Shown: positions 10,000 to 19,317 of the stretch, in pieces
How positions within the stretch are numbered: the first letter of the stretch is position 1
Layout of the letters: each line of letters starts with the position of its first letter
Assembly: GCA_003153375.1 (NCBI GenBank)
Contig: PLYM01000064.1
Coordinates: 6,449-70,448, forward strand
Source of the DNA: Planctomycetaceae bacterium
GTDB lineage: Bacteria > Planctomycetota > Planctomycetia > Pirellulales > PALSA-1355
DNA: 64,000 nucleotides
Reading direction: 5' to 3'
The notes under the pieces: model-generated
The model's input: only the letters and a program-made list of their open reading frames with translations
Databases searched by the model: none
What the model was told of the DNA's origin: nothing
Program-made: the position numbers and the translations under genes

Positions 10000-11211
10000 C
10001 TATCGCAGCAGCCGGGCGTTGAGCCAATCGGCGTGGTCGAGCTCGTCGCCGTGGTCGGCAAAATCAACCAGCAGACTGATCTTCTTGGCGCCGGTGAGAT
10101 CGACCGAGATTGGCTGGGGGGGGGCACCGCCGCGCAGCACTTCGCTGGCGGCTCGCTCCTGCCACGTGCCGCCACCGTCGTCGGTGAAGACGCGAAACAC
10201 GACGCTACCCCGTTGCTGGGCTTCACGATCGACCGCCACTTCGGCTTGAAAGCGGCGATACGGCTGGTCGAGATCGTAGGTAATCCGCGCGGGACTGTGC
10301 ATGCCTAGTCCCTTGGCATAGATGCTCCCGCCGACGCGAAGCTGCGAACCGAGCACGCTGCGATCCGTCTGGAAAGGCCAAGAAAGTTGCAGATAGGGGA
10401 TGTGGCGATAGCTAGCCGGCTTCAAATCGGAGAGATAAACGGCGCGGCCGTCCAAAATCTGCAGGGCGACAATCGCTTCCCACGACAACTGCAACGTCAC
10501 ACCGTCGGCCAGCTTGAGCCTCGCGCCGGCCTTGTCGGACGAAAGTTCCGTGGATATCACGCGGCTACCGTCTCGCATCCCAACAACGGTCCGCAGACCG
10601 CTGGTCCGCGGTTTGTTGACCAGCGTGGCATTGAACAGAATCGCCGCCAGCTTGTCGGCAGGGATCTCGGTCTTGCCGACGTCGCTCTGCAATTGCAAAA
10701 CCGGCTCGGCCTTCGCATCGTCAAGACCCACGATCGTGCCGGTCAATTCATCGCCATTGTCGAGCAACACCCGATCCGTCTCGCCCGTCGTGGCCAGCAT
10801 CCGCCCCCGAAGTTGATCGCGGATCGCCAGGTCGAGCGGCGGCCGAAAGACGATGCCCGCGACCAGATCGAGGGGCAGCGTGATCTTACCCAACAGCGAG
10901 GAGGTCGCCCGGACTTGTTCCTTCTCGATTCGCAAGCTGTCGACCACGATCAGGCTGCCGTCGGCCAGCACAATTTGCGGGCCCTGCGACGGCTCGACAA
11001 ACGCCCCCCACAACGCCAGATCGGCCAAGGGCAACTCGCCCGGCGCGCCCCCGCCGGAGAATCGCAACTTGCCAGCCGGACTCACTCCAACAAGTTGAGC
11101 ATGAAACGCTTCGCCGACAGCCGGTAAACCCAAGGGAGCATCGGCCGCCGGCGCGGGAGAGGCGCCGACCGCACACGCCGCGATCAGGAACAGTAAGCGA
11201 CGGCTGGGCAT
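10000..11211 (-). CDS. secreted NPCBM/NEW2 domain-containing protein
   Basis: Signal peptide MPSRRLLFLIAACAVGASPAPA. The C-terminal ~140 aa (AVYLSDLKP...GGSIYAKGLGMHSPARITYDL...FQAEVAVDRE...GSVVFRVFTDDG...DHADWLNARLL) matches the NPCBM module consensus as I remember it. Confidence 0.75.
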   Translation of the reverse strand: MPSRRLLFLIAACAVGASPAPAADAPLGLPAVGEAFHAQLVGVSPAGKLRFSGGGAPGELPLADLALWGAFVEPSQGPQIVLADGSLIVVDSLRIEKEQVRATSSLLGKITLPLDLVAGIVFRPPLDLAIRDQLRGRMLATTGETDRVLLDNGDELTGTIVGLDDAKAEPVLQLQSDVGKTEIPADKLAAILFNATLVNKPRTSGLRTVVGMRDGSRVISTELSSDKAGARLKLADGVTLQLSWEAIVALQILDGRAVYLSDLKPASYRHIPYLQLSWPFQTDRSVLGSQLRVGGSIYAKGLGMHSPARITYDLDQPYRRFQAEVAVDREAQQRGSVVFRVFTDDGGGTWQERAASEVLRGGAPPQPISVDLTGAKKISLLVDFADHGDELDHADWLNARLLR

Positions 11212-12312
11212 TTAACGTTGAAAAATTGGGAGATAGTTGTTCGGCATTTGCAGGATGATGCAGGCCATGCTGGTGCCGTATTCAAGGCAGATCGAATCGT
11301 TCCAGGAGCCGTCCTCGGCCTGCCGCGTCACGAGAGCGTCGCGGATGGCTGGATACCACTTCGGCCAGAACTCGCCGCCCGCGTGCCACATCGCCTGCAC
11401 GGCATAATAGTGGCCATAGAAGTAGTGGCTCTCGCGATTGAACTCGTGAAGCTGGGGCATGTAGCCGACGAGGTACTCGAGCCCCTTCTTGATCTCTGGC
11501 CCTTCATAGATGCCGGCGCTGTAGAGCGCGACGACGCCTGCCGCGGAACGTGGAAACGCGCTCAGCCCGCCGCCCCCTTGCAGCATGTACATGAAACCGC
11601 CGTCGGCATTTTGACTGCGCTTGACGTACTCGGTGCAACGGTCGATCGTCTCGCGAGGCACGAAGAGGCCGCCGTTGCGGGCCGCTCGCAGGGCCATCAC
11701 CTGGCAAATCGTCACCGAAATATCGGCGTCGCGGCGCACCGGTTGATAGCGCCAGCCGCCTTCTTCATTCTGGGTGTTGACGATCAGTTGCACGGCCTTG
11801 GCCAGTTTTTCGCGGATGTCGGCCCGCATGGTCATGCCATAACATTCGGCCAGGAACAACGTGGCGAATCCGTGCCCGTACATCGGGCCGTGGCTGCTCG
11901 CGTTGGGCACGTTGATGAAGCCGCTCTCTTGCGTATTGGCCAGAATGAAGTCAATGCAACGGTCGACATTGCGCCCATAGGGCCCACGTCCCGGCGTGTT
12001 GCCGCCCGACATGAATGCCATGCCGGCCAGTGCGCAAATCGCCACGTTGCGGCTGTATCCGCCCGAGCGAAACGAGCCGTCCTCGTCTTGCCGCGTTGAC
12101 AGCGAGTTCAATCCTCGCTCGATCGCGCGAGCCGCCGCGGGCGTGATCAACTCGACCGCCGACTTCTCCGGATCCTTGGGCTCTGCCAACAACCGACTGG
12201 CCGAGTAGCTCAGCGACATGCCGGCGCCAGCCAGTTGGGCCAGAAACCCACGGCGTGCAATTGGGCTCGAGAGCGCCCCGGCACGCGATCGCGGTAGCTC
12301 GCTTTGCATCAT
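11212..12312 (-). CDS. Tat-exported prenyltransferase/squalene-cyclase-repeat (alpha-alpha toroid) protein
   Basis: Twin-arginine signal SPIARRGFLAQLAGAG. Repeated motifs QDEDGSFRSG, NEEGGWRYQ, NADGGFMYM and AEDGSWND are typical of the terpene cyclase/prenyltransferase fold. Its stop abuts the next start (0-nt gap). Confidence 0.7.
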   Translation of the reverse strand: MMQSELPRSRAGALSSPIARRGFLAQLAGAGMSLSYSASRLLAEPKDPEKSAVELITPAAARAIERGLNSLSTRQDEDGSFRSGGYSRNVAICALAGMAFMSGGNTPGRGPYGRNVDRCIDFILANTQESGFINVPNASSHGPMYGHGFATLFLAECYGMTMRADIREKLAKAVQLIVNTQNEEGGWRYQPVRRDADISVTICQVMALRAARNGGLFVPRETIDRCTEYVKRSQNADGGFMYMLQGGGGLSAFPRSAAGVVALYSAGIYEGPEIKKGLEYLVGYMPQLHEFNRESHYFYGHYYAVQAMWHAGGEFWPKWYPAIRDALVTRQAEDGSWNDSICLEYGTSMACIILQMPNNYLPIFQR

Positions 12313-12377
12313 ATCCTCCCCGCTCGCGCCGAACGCGGCGCGTGCTGCCTTCCCAAGCCGTGAGGGCGTCCTCTACG

Positions 12378-13175
12378 TCAGCGTGCGTTCTGTTCTTCGG
12401 CCAGCCGCTTGTAGTAGCGCTCGATCATCAACTCATACTGCGGCAAGAATCGCTCGGGCCAGTTTTGTGACATCTGCTCCCGGGCGTGTGCCGGCAGGTG
12501 GCCCCACGAGTCTTTGGCCATTTCCTTCAACGCCCGCGGATCGGGCTTGGCGGTTTCGGCCTTGCCCAGTCGGTCGGTGCTATCCTTGGCCGGATTGTTC
12601 GAATCGTGACGTTGTTGCCCCGATTTGGGCTGTTGCACGATGCGGCGCTTGCCGGTCTTTTGCGACTTCTTTTCCTTTTCCGAAGAGTTCGACTGCTGCG
12701 CGGATTGCTTTTCGACCTGGTCGATCAACTTGGCCAGATCGTCGACAATTCGCCGTTGCACCTTCTCAGCCGCGGCGCGCTTGACTTGCTCGCGTATGAA
12801 GTCCTCGCTCGCTCGCATCTCTTGGCTGATTCGCGCCAGCGGATCGTCATGCTCCCCCGGCTCTCCGATGTCCTCGCCAGCTTCATTTTTCGCCTCCGCC
12901 GACGGCTCGTCCGCGGCTCGCGGCTTTGAAGATGATGCCTTGGGCGTGTTCTTCAAGTCGCCGGCGCCCTCCAACAGATCGTTATCCAGATCCTTGAGCA
13001 GCGCATCGTCCAGTCCCGCGGCTGCCGGCTTCTTCTTTGCCGAATCCGCCGGCTTGGCGGCCGGCTCGGCGGAGGACGACACCGCTACGCTCGCCGCGCT
13101 CATCACCAGCAGCACCGCTACGCGGACTAGCCGCGGGCGAGTTGCAGCCCTGCAGGCATTGATGGTTATTCGCAT
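12378..13175 (-). CDS. hypothetical secreted low-complexity protein
   Basis: Signal-like RLVRVAVLLVMSAASVAVSSSA followed by Lys/Asp/Glu/Ala-rich sequence. The ATG shares one base with the upstream stop (TAATG). No family recognised. Confidence 0.55.
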   Translation of the reverse strand: MRITINACRAATRPRLVRVAVLLVMSAASVAVSSSAEPAAKPADSAKKKPAAAGLDDALLKDLDNDLLEGAGDLKNTPKASSSKPRAADEPSAEAKNEAGEDIGEPGEHDDPLARISQEMRASEDFIREQVKRAAAEKVQRRIVDDLAKLIDQVEKQSAQQSNSSEKEKKSQKTGKRRIVQQPKSGQQRHDSNNPAKDSTDRLGKAETAKPDPRALKEMAKDSWGHLPAHAREQMSQNWPERFLPQYELMIERYYKRLAEEQNAR

Positions 13176-16100
13176 TAGGAGGGTTCCTTAACTGTCGGCT
13201 CGACCGACTCGTCGGGTGGCGGAACGTCGAGGTCGCGACCCTCTTGCCGCACGTCGGGCAAGCTCTCGGGATTGTCCTCGGGATGCTTCACGGCGGGCTG
13301 AGACAACTTCTGCGCCAACTCGGCCAACTTGCCCTGCTCGGCGGCAAGATCCGCCAGTTGGCCCGGTTCGGCCGCGGGGGCGTCGCCCGCGCCACTCAGA
13401 GTGCGATAACGCCCATTGAGGTCTTCTTGCAGGATTTTCAACAATTTGAGCTGCGCGAGCGCTTGTTTGGCGTCGTCTTGCGAGCCCGAGCCTCCGCCGC
13501 TAGCCCCGCCGCCGGAATCCTGTTTGTCGTCGCCCTCGCGTTTCGCATTGTCCGCCAAGGCGGTCAGCAGCTGCGCGAACCGCAGCCGCGCGGCTTCCTG
13601 GGCTCCTTGGGTCTGGCTGCCGGTATCACGGTGATCGAGCAAGTCGCTGGCTCGCGTCATTTGCTTCGCCGCGCCTTCCAAGGCCATGCTGATCACTTCG
13701 GTCAACGACAGTTTATCGGCCAAAAGAACCGTCTCGCCCTCGAGCGATTTTTGCTGTCGCGCCAGATCGTTGACGGTGCTGAGTTGCGCGCGCGTCAGAC
13801 GCCCCTCGGCGGCACGCAGTCCTTCCAGTCGCTCCGTCTCCTGCAACAGCTTCTTCTGCCGCTCGTGAAGGCTTTTGAGGCCATCTTCAAGTTTTGCCAG
13901 TTGCTCGCGTGCCAATTCCTCTTCGGCCTGTTTGCGCCGTTCGGCCAGTTGTTGCTGCGCCTCCTCCAGGTCGTGCTCCGCCTTCTCGGCCTGATCTTCC
14001 GCCGACTGCGCATTGCCCTGCTGCCCGGCCTCACCTGCCTGGCTCATTTTTCCAGCCGCGCCGGCCGTGCTGCGGCCGGCCTGCTCAGCCTGCAAGCGTT
14101 CCAAACGCCGTGCCAGGCGTTCGGCATCTTGCTCCAGCTTCTTTTGCTCCCGGCTGAGCCGTTCCAGTTGCTGCTTGGCTGCCTCGTTGTCACCCTTGGC
14201 CGCCGCTTCGCGGAGACGTTTCCGCAGGCCAGATTGGGCCGAACGAATGCGGGCCAGTTCCTGCTCCGATTCGCGAAGTTGCTTGACGAGCCGCGTCAAT
14301 TGCTGCTCGCGACGGTTCGACAAGATGCCCGACAACTCCTCAAGATCCTTGAGCGTTTGCGCTTGTTGCTGCGCGGCCTGGCCCAGGCGGTTGCGCTCCA
14401 GTTGTTCGCTGGCTTGCCGCATCTGGCCGCTGATCGCCTGTTGCTCGGCATGGTGCAGACCGTCGGAGATGGTGGCCGACGACAACGGATTCGTTTGCTG
14501 AAGCGATTGGCTCATCTGGGCCATTTGCTGCTGAACCTTTTCCAGCTTGCGGCTCAATTCCACCTGCTGGCCGGCGAGCTTCTTCAGATCGGCCTGTTGC
14601 TGCGCGTCGAGGTCCTTCGTCTCGCGGCCGACCGTCTTTTGGCCAATCTCCTTCGTGGCTCGAGCGATCTCTTGCTGGTCGCGATGCAAACTGGCGATCT
14701 CGCGAGCAAAACGACGGTAGCTGTCCCATTGTCCAAGGTCACCGAGCATCTTCTCCAGCGAATCGATCACCTGATCTTGATTTTTTCCGGCGGACGTCAG
14801 CGAATTATTCAGCATCGCATCCGGCTCGCTCTTGGCCGCCGGCGGCTGCTGGGCGTCCTCGGGCAGCTTCGACTGGGCGGCCTTGATCACACTGGTTAGC
14901 TCGCGCTCGATGGGAGTCAAATGCTCTCCGCCCAAGCGGTCAATCTCGTCGACGATGCCCGCCATGCGGCGCTCGATGTCAGGATTGTCGACCCGATTGT
15001 TCGCCAGGTCGGAGAGAAAGTCGGCGATTTGCGCGGGCAGGCCCTCGGTCGGGCTCGTCAAAGTGCGTTTGACCTGCCGCTGGTTTAGCTCCGCGCTCTG
15101 TGCATGATCGACATCTTGCTTATTCAGTCGGCCCACCTGCTGCAGCTGGATCTCGAGCGACTTGGTCTGCGCGCGTGCATCCTGCTGCAACTTCAACACT
15201 CGCTGCAATTCGCCGAAGATGACCGTTTGGCGTTGGGCCAACCGCTCCTCCAACTCCTGCGCGGTGATGATTGACAGCCGTCGCACGGTACTCTTGCCGA
15301 CTTGCGGCAGATAGTCGGCCGCCGTGGCCCAAAACGTAATTTGTGTACCTGGCTTGAGGCTCAACTCACTGAGTGACCAGCGATGTTCGACCACCTGGCT
15401 TTCGCCCAATTGACCACTGACGAGCAATCGCGACTCGGTGCGGACCGCGGCCACCGCCGGTCCCTGCCACAAAGGCACCGCGAAGTCCTCGACATCGGTG
15501 CGGTCTGAGCGATTGAAGTGCAACGCGACGTCGTGAATCGCCAGGTCGTCCTTGGCGCCAATTCGTAGCGGCACTTCGCCCTGGGGCGTGACAAAAATAT
15601 TGCCAGCCGGTTGCTCAATGGTGACGCTGGGAGGGAGATCAGCCACGGCTCGAATGTCCCAACGATCATCGCGGCCGCCGATCAATCTTTCGCTGTCTTC
15701 CAGCTCGATCCACCAGACGCCCGACTTGTCGATCACGAGCGGCTCAGCCGCGTCGGCAGCGAGCATAAAGTCGTGCCCCTCGGCCGAAACACTGGCCACC
15801 AACGCCTCGCTACTTTCGAGATGCACCGTCGCGAGGCGTAACTTTTTGGTCGAAGTGCCGATGAGCTCGACTCGGGTGCCACGGACGGCGTGGATGCTCT
15901 TTTCCGATGTCTCGCTGGGAAGCCCAGTGTACTGGGGCGGATGAAGCGTCAGCCGCAGCGATTCGACGTGCGGAGGCTCCAGCACTTCCAGGCGAATCCA
16001 GGGCATCGACGGGTCGTCACCGCCCTCGGCCCGATAGGAAAAAGGCCGCGTCACAACGTCCTTCCGCGCCACCACGGCGCCGTTGAGTTGCCTCATCGGC

Positions 16101-16831
16101 TCGGCTTCCTCTTCGGCAGCACCGTTGCCGTTTTCATAGCGGTAATGAATGCGCACCTCATCGGGAACCCGGTGCTCGGCATCCTGCACGAGTTCCACTT
16201 CGAACGGCTGACCGGCCGCCAATCGCGTGGGTGTGGCGCGAAAAGCCAGGTGATGGACCTTGGGCCAGGCATCGTTGCCAAACGGCCGAGCCATCCGCGC
16301 AAGCGCGATCCGCGTGCAATCGGGCGACAACAGGGCTGTTGCCAAGGCAATCAGTCCAACGGCTCCGCCGACCGATAAGGCGCGCCACATCGGCTTGCGC
16401 TCGAACACTTGTGAGAAATCAAACCCCTCGACATCGGTCGTCGTTTGCAGGATTACCGCGCGACGCAGCGTGGCCGACCCCGCCTCGATATCGGATTCCG
16501 ATTGCTTGAGAAACTGAATGGTGCTGGCCAGGCGGTCGCTCAGAACGGGAAAGCGGCTTTCGATGCGTTGTGCCAGCGCGACATCGCTCAGCCGCCGGCC
16601 CAGTGCCACCGGCCCAAACCGATAGCACGCCCAGGCAAACGTCATTGCAAGGGCAAGACTGCCAATGAAGCGGACGCCGTGATCTTGAAAGCGGATCAGA
16701 AAGTCGACCACGCCGAACAACAGCACTGCCCCGACCACGACGGCCATGGCCCAGCCCAGCGCATAGAGGACCACCAGCCGGCGGGCCTGGCCGCGGACCC
16801 GCGCGATTTTCTGCTCCAACGGATGTGCCAT
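13175..16831 (-). CDS. 1218-aa membrane protein with long C-terminal coiled coil (DUF4175-like architecture)
   Basis: N-terminal TM pair (LVVLYALGWAMAVVVGAVLLFGVV, FIGSLALAMTFAWACY) and a third TM. A beta-rich middle is followed by a ~550-aa Gln/Glu/Ala/Arg/Leu heptad-like C-terminal half. The resemblance to DUF4175 proteins of MoxR clusters is from memory and unverified. Confidence 0.75.
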   Translation of the reverse strand: MAHPLEQKIARVRGQARRLVVLYALGWAMAVVVGAVLLFGVVDFLIRFQDHGVRFIGSLALAMTFAWACYRFGPVALGRRLSDVALAQRIESRFPVLSDRLASTIQFLKQSESDIEAGSATLRRAVILQTTTDVEGFDFSQVFERKPMWRALSVGGAVGLIALATALLSPDCTRIALARMARPFGNDAWPKVHHLAFRATPTRLAAGQPFEVELVQDAEHRVPDEVRIHYRYENGNGAAEEEAEPMRQLNGAVVARKDVVTRPFSYRAEGGDDPSMPWIRLEVLEPPHVESLRLTLHPPQYTGLPSETSEKSIHAVRGTRVELIGTSTKKLRLATVHLESSEALVASVSAEGHDFMLAADAAEPLVIDKSGVWWIELEDSERLIGGRDDRWDIRAVADLPPSVTIEQPAGNIFVTPQGEVPLRIGAKDDLAIHDVALHFNRSDRTDVEDFAVPLWQGPAVAAVRTESRLLVSGQLGESQVVEHRWSLSELSLKPGTQITFWATAADYLPQVGKSTVRRLSIITAQELEERLAQRQTVIFGELQRVLKLQQDARAQTKSLEIQLQQVGRLNKQDVDHAQSAELNQRQVKRTLTSPTEGLPAQIADFLSDLANNRVDNPDIERRMAGIVDEIDRLGGEHLTPIERELTSVIKAAQSKLPEDAQQPPAAKSEPDAMLNNSLTSAGKNQDQVIDSLEKMLGDLGQWDSYRRFAREIASLHRDQQEIARATKEIGQKTVGRETKDLDAQQQADLKKLAGQQVELSRKLEKVQQQMAQMSQSLQQTNPLSSATISDGLHHAEQQAISGQMRQASEQLERNRLGQAAQQQAQTLKDLEELSGILSNRREQQLTRLVKQLRESEQELARIRSAQSGLRKRLREAAAKGDNEAAKQQLERLSREQKKLEQDAERLARRLERLQAEQAGRSTAGAAGKMSQAGEAGQQGNAQSAEDQAEKAEHDLEEAQQQLAERRKQAEEELAREQLAKLEDGLKSLHERQKKLLQETERLEGLRAAEGRLTRAQLSTVNDLARQQKSLEGETVLLADKLSLTEVISMALEGAAKQMTRASDLLDHRDTGSQTQGAQEAARLRFAQLLTALADNAKREGDDKQDSGGGASGGGSGSQDDAKQALAQLKLLKILQEDLNGRYRTLSGAGDAPAAEPGQLADLAAEQGKLAELAQKLSQPAVKHPEDNPESLPDVRQEGRDLDVPPPDESVEPTVKEPS

Positions 16832-16931
16832 GCGGTCTTCCTCTCGTGGCCGTCCGCCGATGGCCGGCAGTCAGACAAATGCGGTGCGCTCCTTGCAACT
16901 CGCGTGCCCCAGAGAGCGGCGATTCGCCCTT

Positions 16932-16940
16932 ATTATAGCA
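16932..16940 (-). promoter_or_regulatory. extended -10-like element TGCTATAAT
   Basis: Minus strand TGCTATAAT overlaps the stop of the 794-aa gene, about 100 nt upstream of the 1218-aa gene ATG. No good -35. Confidence 0.2.
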
Positions 16941-19317
16941 TTCCCTTACGTTTACGCAGAATCCATTCCGAGACAATCAGCCCCAAAAATGCCAGCAGCA
17001 GCCACCAGCGATTCCAGAGCACTTGCGGCGGCAATGTCTCGATGGGTACTTGCCTTCCCGGTGGCAAGTCATCGAGCAGTCGATCAGCATCGTTGATGCG
17101 ATAGAACCTGCCGCGCGTTTCTTCCGCCGCGCGTTTCAACTCGGCCGCGTCCATTTGCACGCGTTCCATTTCGCCCGGCGGCGCGGCAACCAGAAAGTCG
17201 GCCGACGGCGCGGCATTGCCTTCGAGCGTGGGCGCCGCGATCCAGGCGTGGTATTTGCCGTCCATCGCGTCACTGAACGTGGCTTCGAAAATGCCTCGGT
17301 TCGTGGCGTTGCGATGCAGTTTGAGGCGCTGGTTTTTTTGCCCCTCGCGCTCGAGCACCACGGTCACCCCCTCGTCATCGGCCGGCGCCTGACGCTCATC
17401 GATGAATCGCACCCGCATCGACACCGGCTCGCCACGGTGATACTCGCGTCGATCGGCCGACAACTCGACCGCATGATCCTTGCCAAGCAGCTTCGAGCGA
17501 CTCAGATAGCGAACGGCCTGTACCCAGTAGCGCGCGAAGAAGACGTCGCCGACGCGGAACCGCCAACGCCAGGTGTCGTCGGTGGCGTGAAACAGCACTT
17601 TGCCAGCGCCGACGTATTGCATCACAAAGATCGGCAAGCGCCGTCCATCAGACCCCAGCCGAGTGGGATGCTCGGCCAACACCCGAGCCGCCGGCTTCAC
17701 CTGCGGTGCTTCGAGCAGCCAATAGAGCGGAGGCAATTCTTGCCAGATGCGCAAGCTGTCGGCGACGCTGTCGCCCAATTGCATCTGCGGACTGGCCAAT
17801 CCCAACTCCGTCGGCTGCACGACAAAGCCCACTTCGTGTCCCTGCTCGGCACTGGGCAGCGTCGCGCCGGCCAGGTCGATGGGAAATAGTGGTTCGAGCG
17901 GCGTATTACGATAGAGGAGCGGAGTAAACTGCGGCCCGGAAATGAAGGCCACGCCCCCGCCCTTCTTTTCGACGAAGTCGCTGAGATTCTCCAGCACGCT
18001 GGCGCTCAGATAGGAAGGATTGACGTCGCCGAAGATCACGACGTCAAACGCGAACAGCTCTTCGCGCCGCACCGGAAACACGCGCAGGGCCGTCTGGTCC
18101 AACTCGGCATACTCCAAGTCAGCGTCCTGCAGCACGGTTTTCAATTGAATCGTACTGTCGCGCTCGAGCATGTTCTTCAGGTAGCGAAACTCGTAGTTCG
18201 GGTAGGCCTGCACCAGCAGAACCTTGATCTGCTCCTTGCGCACGCTGACCAGCCGCTGTTGGCGATTGTTTTCGACTTGAGCTTCGTCGCTTTGGCGCTC
18301 AACTTCGACGACATATTCGAACTCGCCGACTTTCGTGGGCCGATAAGGCAGATGGAGCCGTTGGGCCTTGCCGCTCTCGTCGATCGTGACTTTCATTTGC
18401 GCCAAAACGGCCGGTCTATCCTTCTCGCGCAGCACGACGTCGACGGTCTTGCCGGCGAAGCCCGTGCCGGCGAGCTTGAATTCGAAATTGACGACATCGT
18501 CAACGAACACGACTTCGTCAACCAGCAGATCGGCCAATTCCAAATCGCGCACCGGCTGCTCGCTGCCCAGGCCGACGGTGAACAGCGGCACGCCCTTGTG
18601 ACGTGAATAATGGGCCGCGTCGTCGAGGCTCTCGCCTTCGGTGTTAATGCCGTCGGTGAGCAGGATGATCGCGGCCGGCGGCGTGCCGCGCAGATCGCTG
18701 AGCACGTGGCGCACTCCCGCCCCCAGGCGGCTGCTTTCGCCGCGAGGCTGCAGCTGTCGCACGGCGGCGCGCAAGTCGTCAAGCGAACCCGACTGAGATC
18801 GCGCGGCGCTCGATACGAAGTAGAGCTTGAGCCGATAGTGTCGCCCGATGGCCGTCAGGACGTCGGAGCGTTTGTCGAGCAGGATGCTTTTGGCCACGCC
18901 GAGCCGATCGGCCACATCGAGGCCAGCCTCCTGGATGCGGCTCGCCACCAGCGCGTGCAGCTTTTTGTCATCGTATTGATCGATGATGCCCATGCTCGCC
19001 GAATCGTCGATCAGCACCGCCACGGTCGGCAGGCCCGTGCGCCGTAGCGACAGCGTGAACTCGGCGATCATGAAGACGACGATCGCGATCAGGCTCAAAC
19101 GCAGCACCATGAGCACGGCCCTGGCCAGCCGTCCGGCTGACGCGCCTTCGCGGGCATAGAAATAGACGACCCAGCCGATGGAAAATAGCGCGAACAGCAA
19201 CGTCGCCCAGGGCACCCAACTCCAGGTGTTCTCCAGGCTCCAGACCGTACCCTCGCCGGGGCCGGCGGCGTCGACGCCGAGCCATTGTTCGAGCCAGCTA
19301 GGAAGGATTCCGTTCAT
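16933..19317 (-). CDS. membrane-anchored vWA domain protein (BatB-like) with GATase1-like module
   Basis: N-terminal TM pair. MIDAS motif VLIDDSASMG and LLTDGINTEG. Block KVLLVQAYPNYEFRYL...FDVVIFGDV. C-terminal TM WWLLLAFLGLIVSEWIL. ATGA overlap with the upstream gene. Confidence 0.8.
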   Translation of the reverse strand: MNGILPSWLEQWLGVDAAGPGEGTVWSLENTWSWVPWATLLFALFSIGWVVYFYAREGASAGRLARAVLMVLRLSLIAIVVFMIAEFTLSLRRTGLPTVAVLIDDSASMGIIDQYDDKKLHALVASRIQEAGLDVADRLGVAKSILLDKRSDVLTAIGRHYRLKLYFVSSAARSQSGSLDDLRAAVRQLQPRGESSRLGAGVRHVLSDLRGTPPAAIILLTDGINTEGESLDDAAHYSRHKGVPLFTVGLGSEQPVRDLELADLLVDEVVFVDDVVNFEFKLAGTGFAGKTVDVVLREKDRPAVLAQMKVTIDESGKAQRLHLPYRPTKVGEFEYVVEVERQSDEAQVENNRQQRLVSVRKEQIKVLLVQAYPNYEFRYLKNMLERDSTIQLKTVLQDADLEYAELDQTALRVFPVRREELFAFDVVIFGDVNPSYLSASVLENLSDFVEKKGGGVAFISGPQFTPLLYRNTPLEPLFPIDLAGATLPSAEQGHEVGFVVQPTELGLASPQMQLGDSVADSLRIWQELPPLYWLLEAPQVKPAARVLAEHPTRLGSDGRRLPIFVMQYVGAGKVLFHATDDTWRWRFRVGDVFFARYWVQAVRYLSRSKLLGKDHAVELSADRREYHRGEPVSMRVRFIDERQAPADDEGVTVVLEREGQKNQRLKLHRNATNRGIFEATFSDAMDGKYHAWIAAPTLEGNAAPSADFLVAAPPGEMERVQMDAAELKRAAEETRGRFYRINDADRLLDDLPPGRQVPIETLPPQVLWNRWWLLLAFLGLIVSEWILRKRKGML

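Noticed and set aside
12313-12377. GC hairpins without a U-tract in short intergenic spacers (GCGCCG-CGTT-CGGCGC here; GCCGCG-CGGCC-CGCGGC at 23482-23503)
   Set aside because: Perfect 6-bp GC stems are expected by chance at this GC content. With no U-tract and no positional logic, I did not call them terminators.
13244-14899. 551-aa plus-strand ORF opposite the 1218-aa coiled-coil gene
   Set aside because: Its Leu/Arg/Gln-rich mirror composition is what the antisense of a GAG/CAG/CTG-rich coiled-coil region looks like. The minus frame has TM helices, operon junctions and an ATG start.
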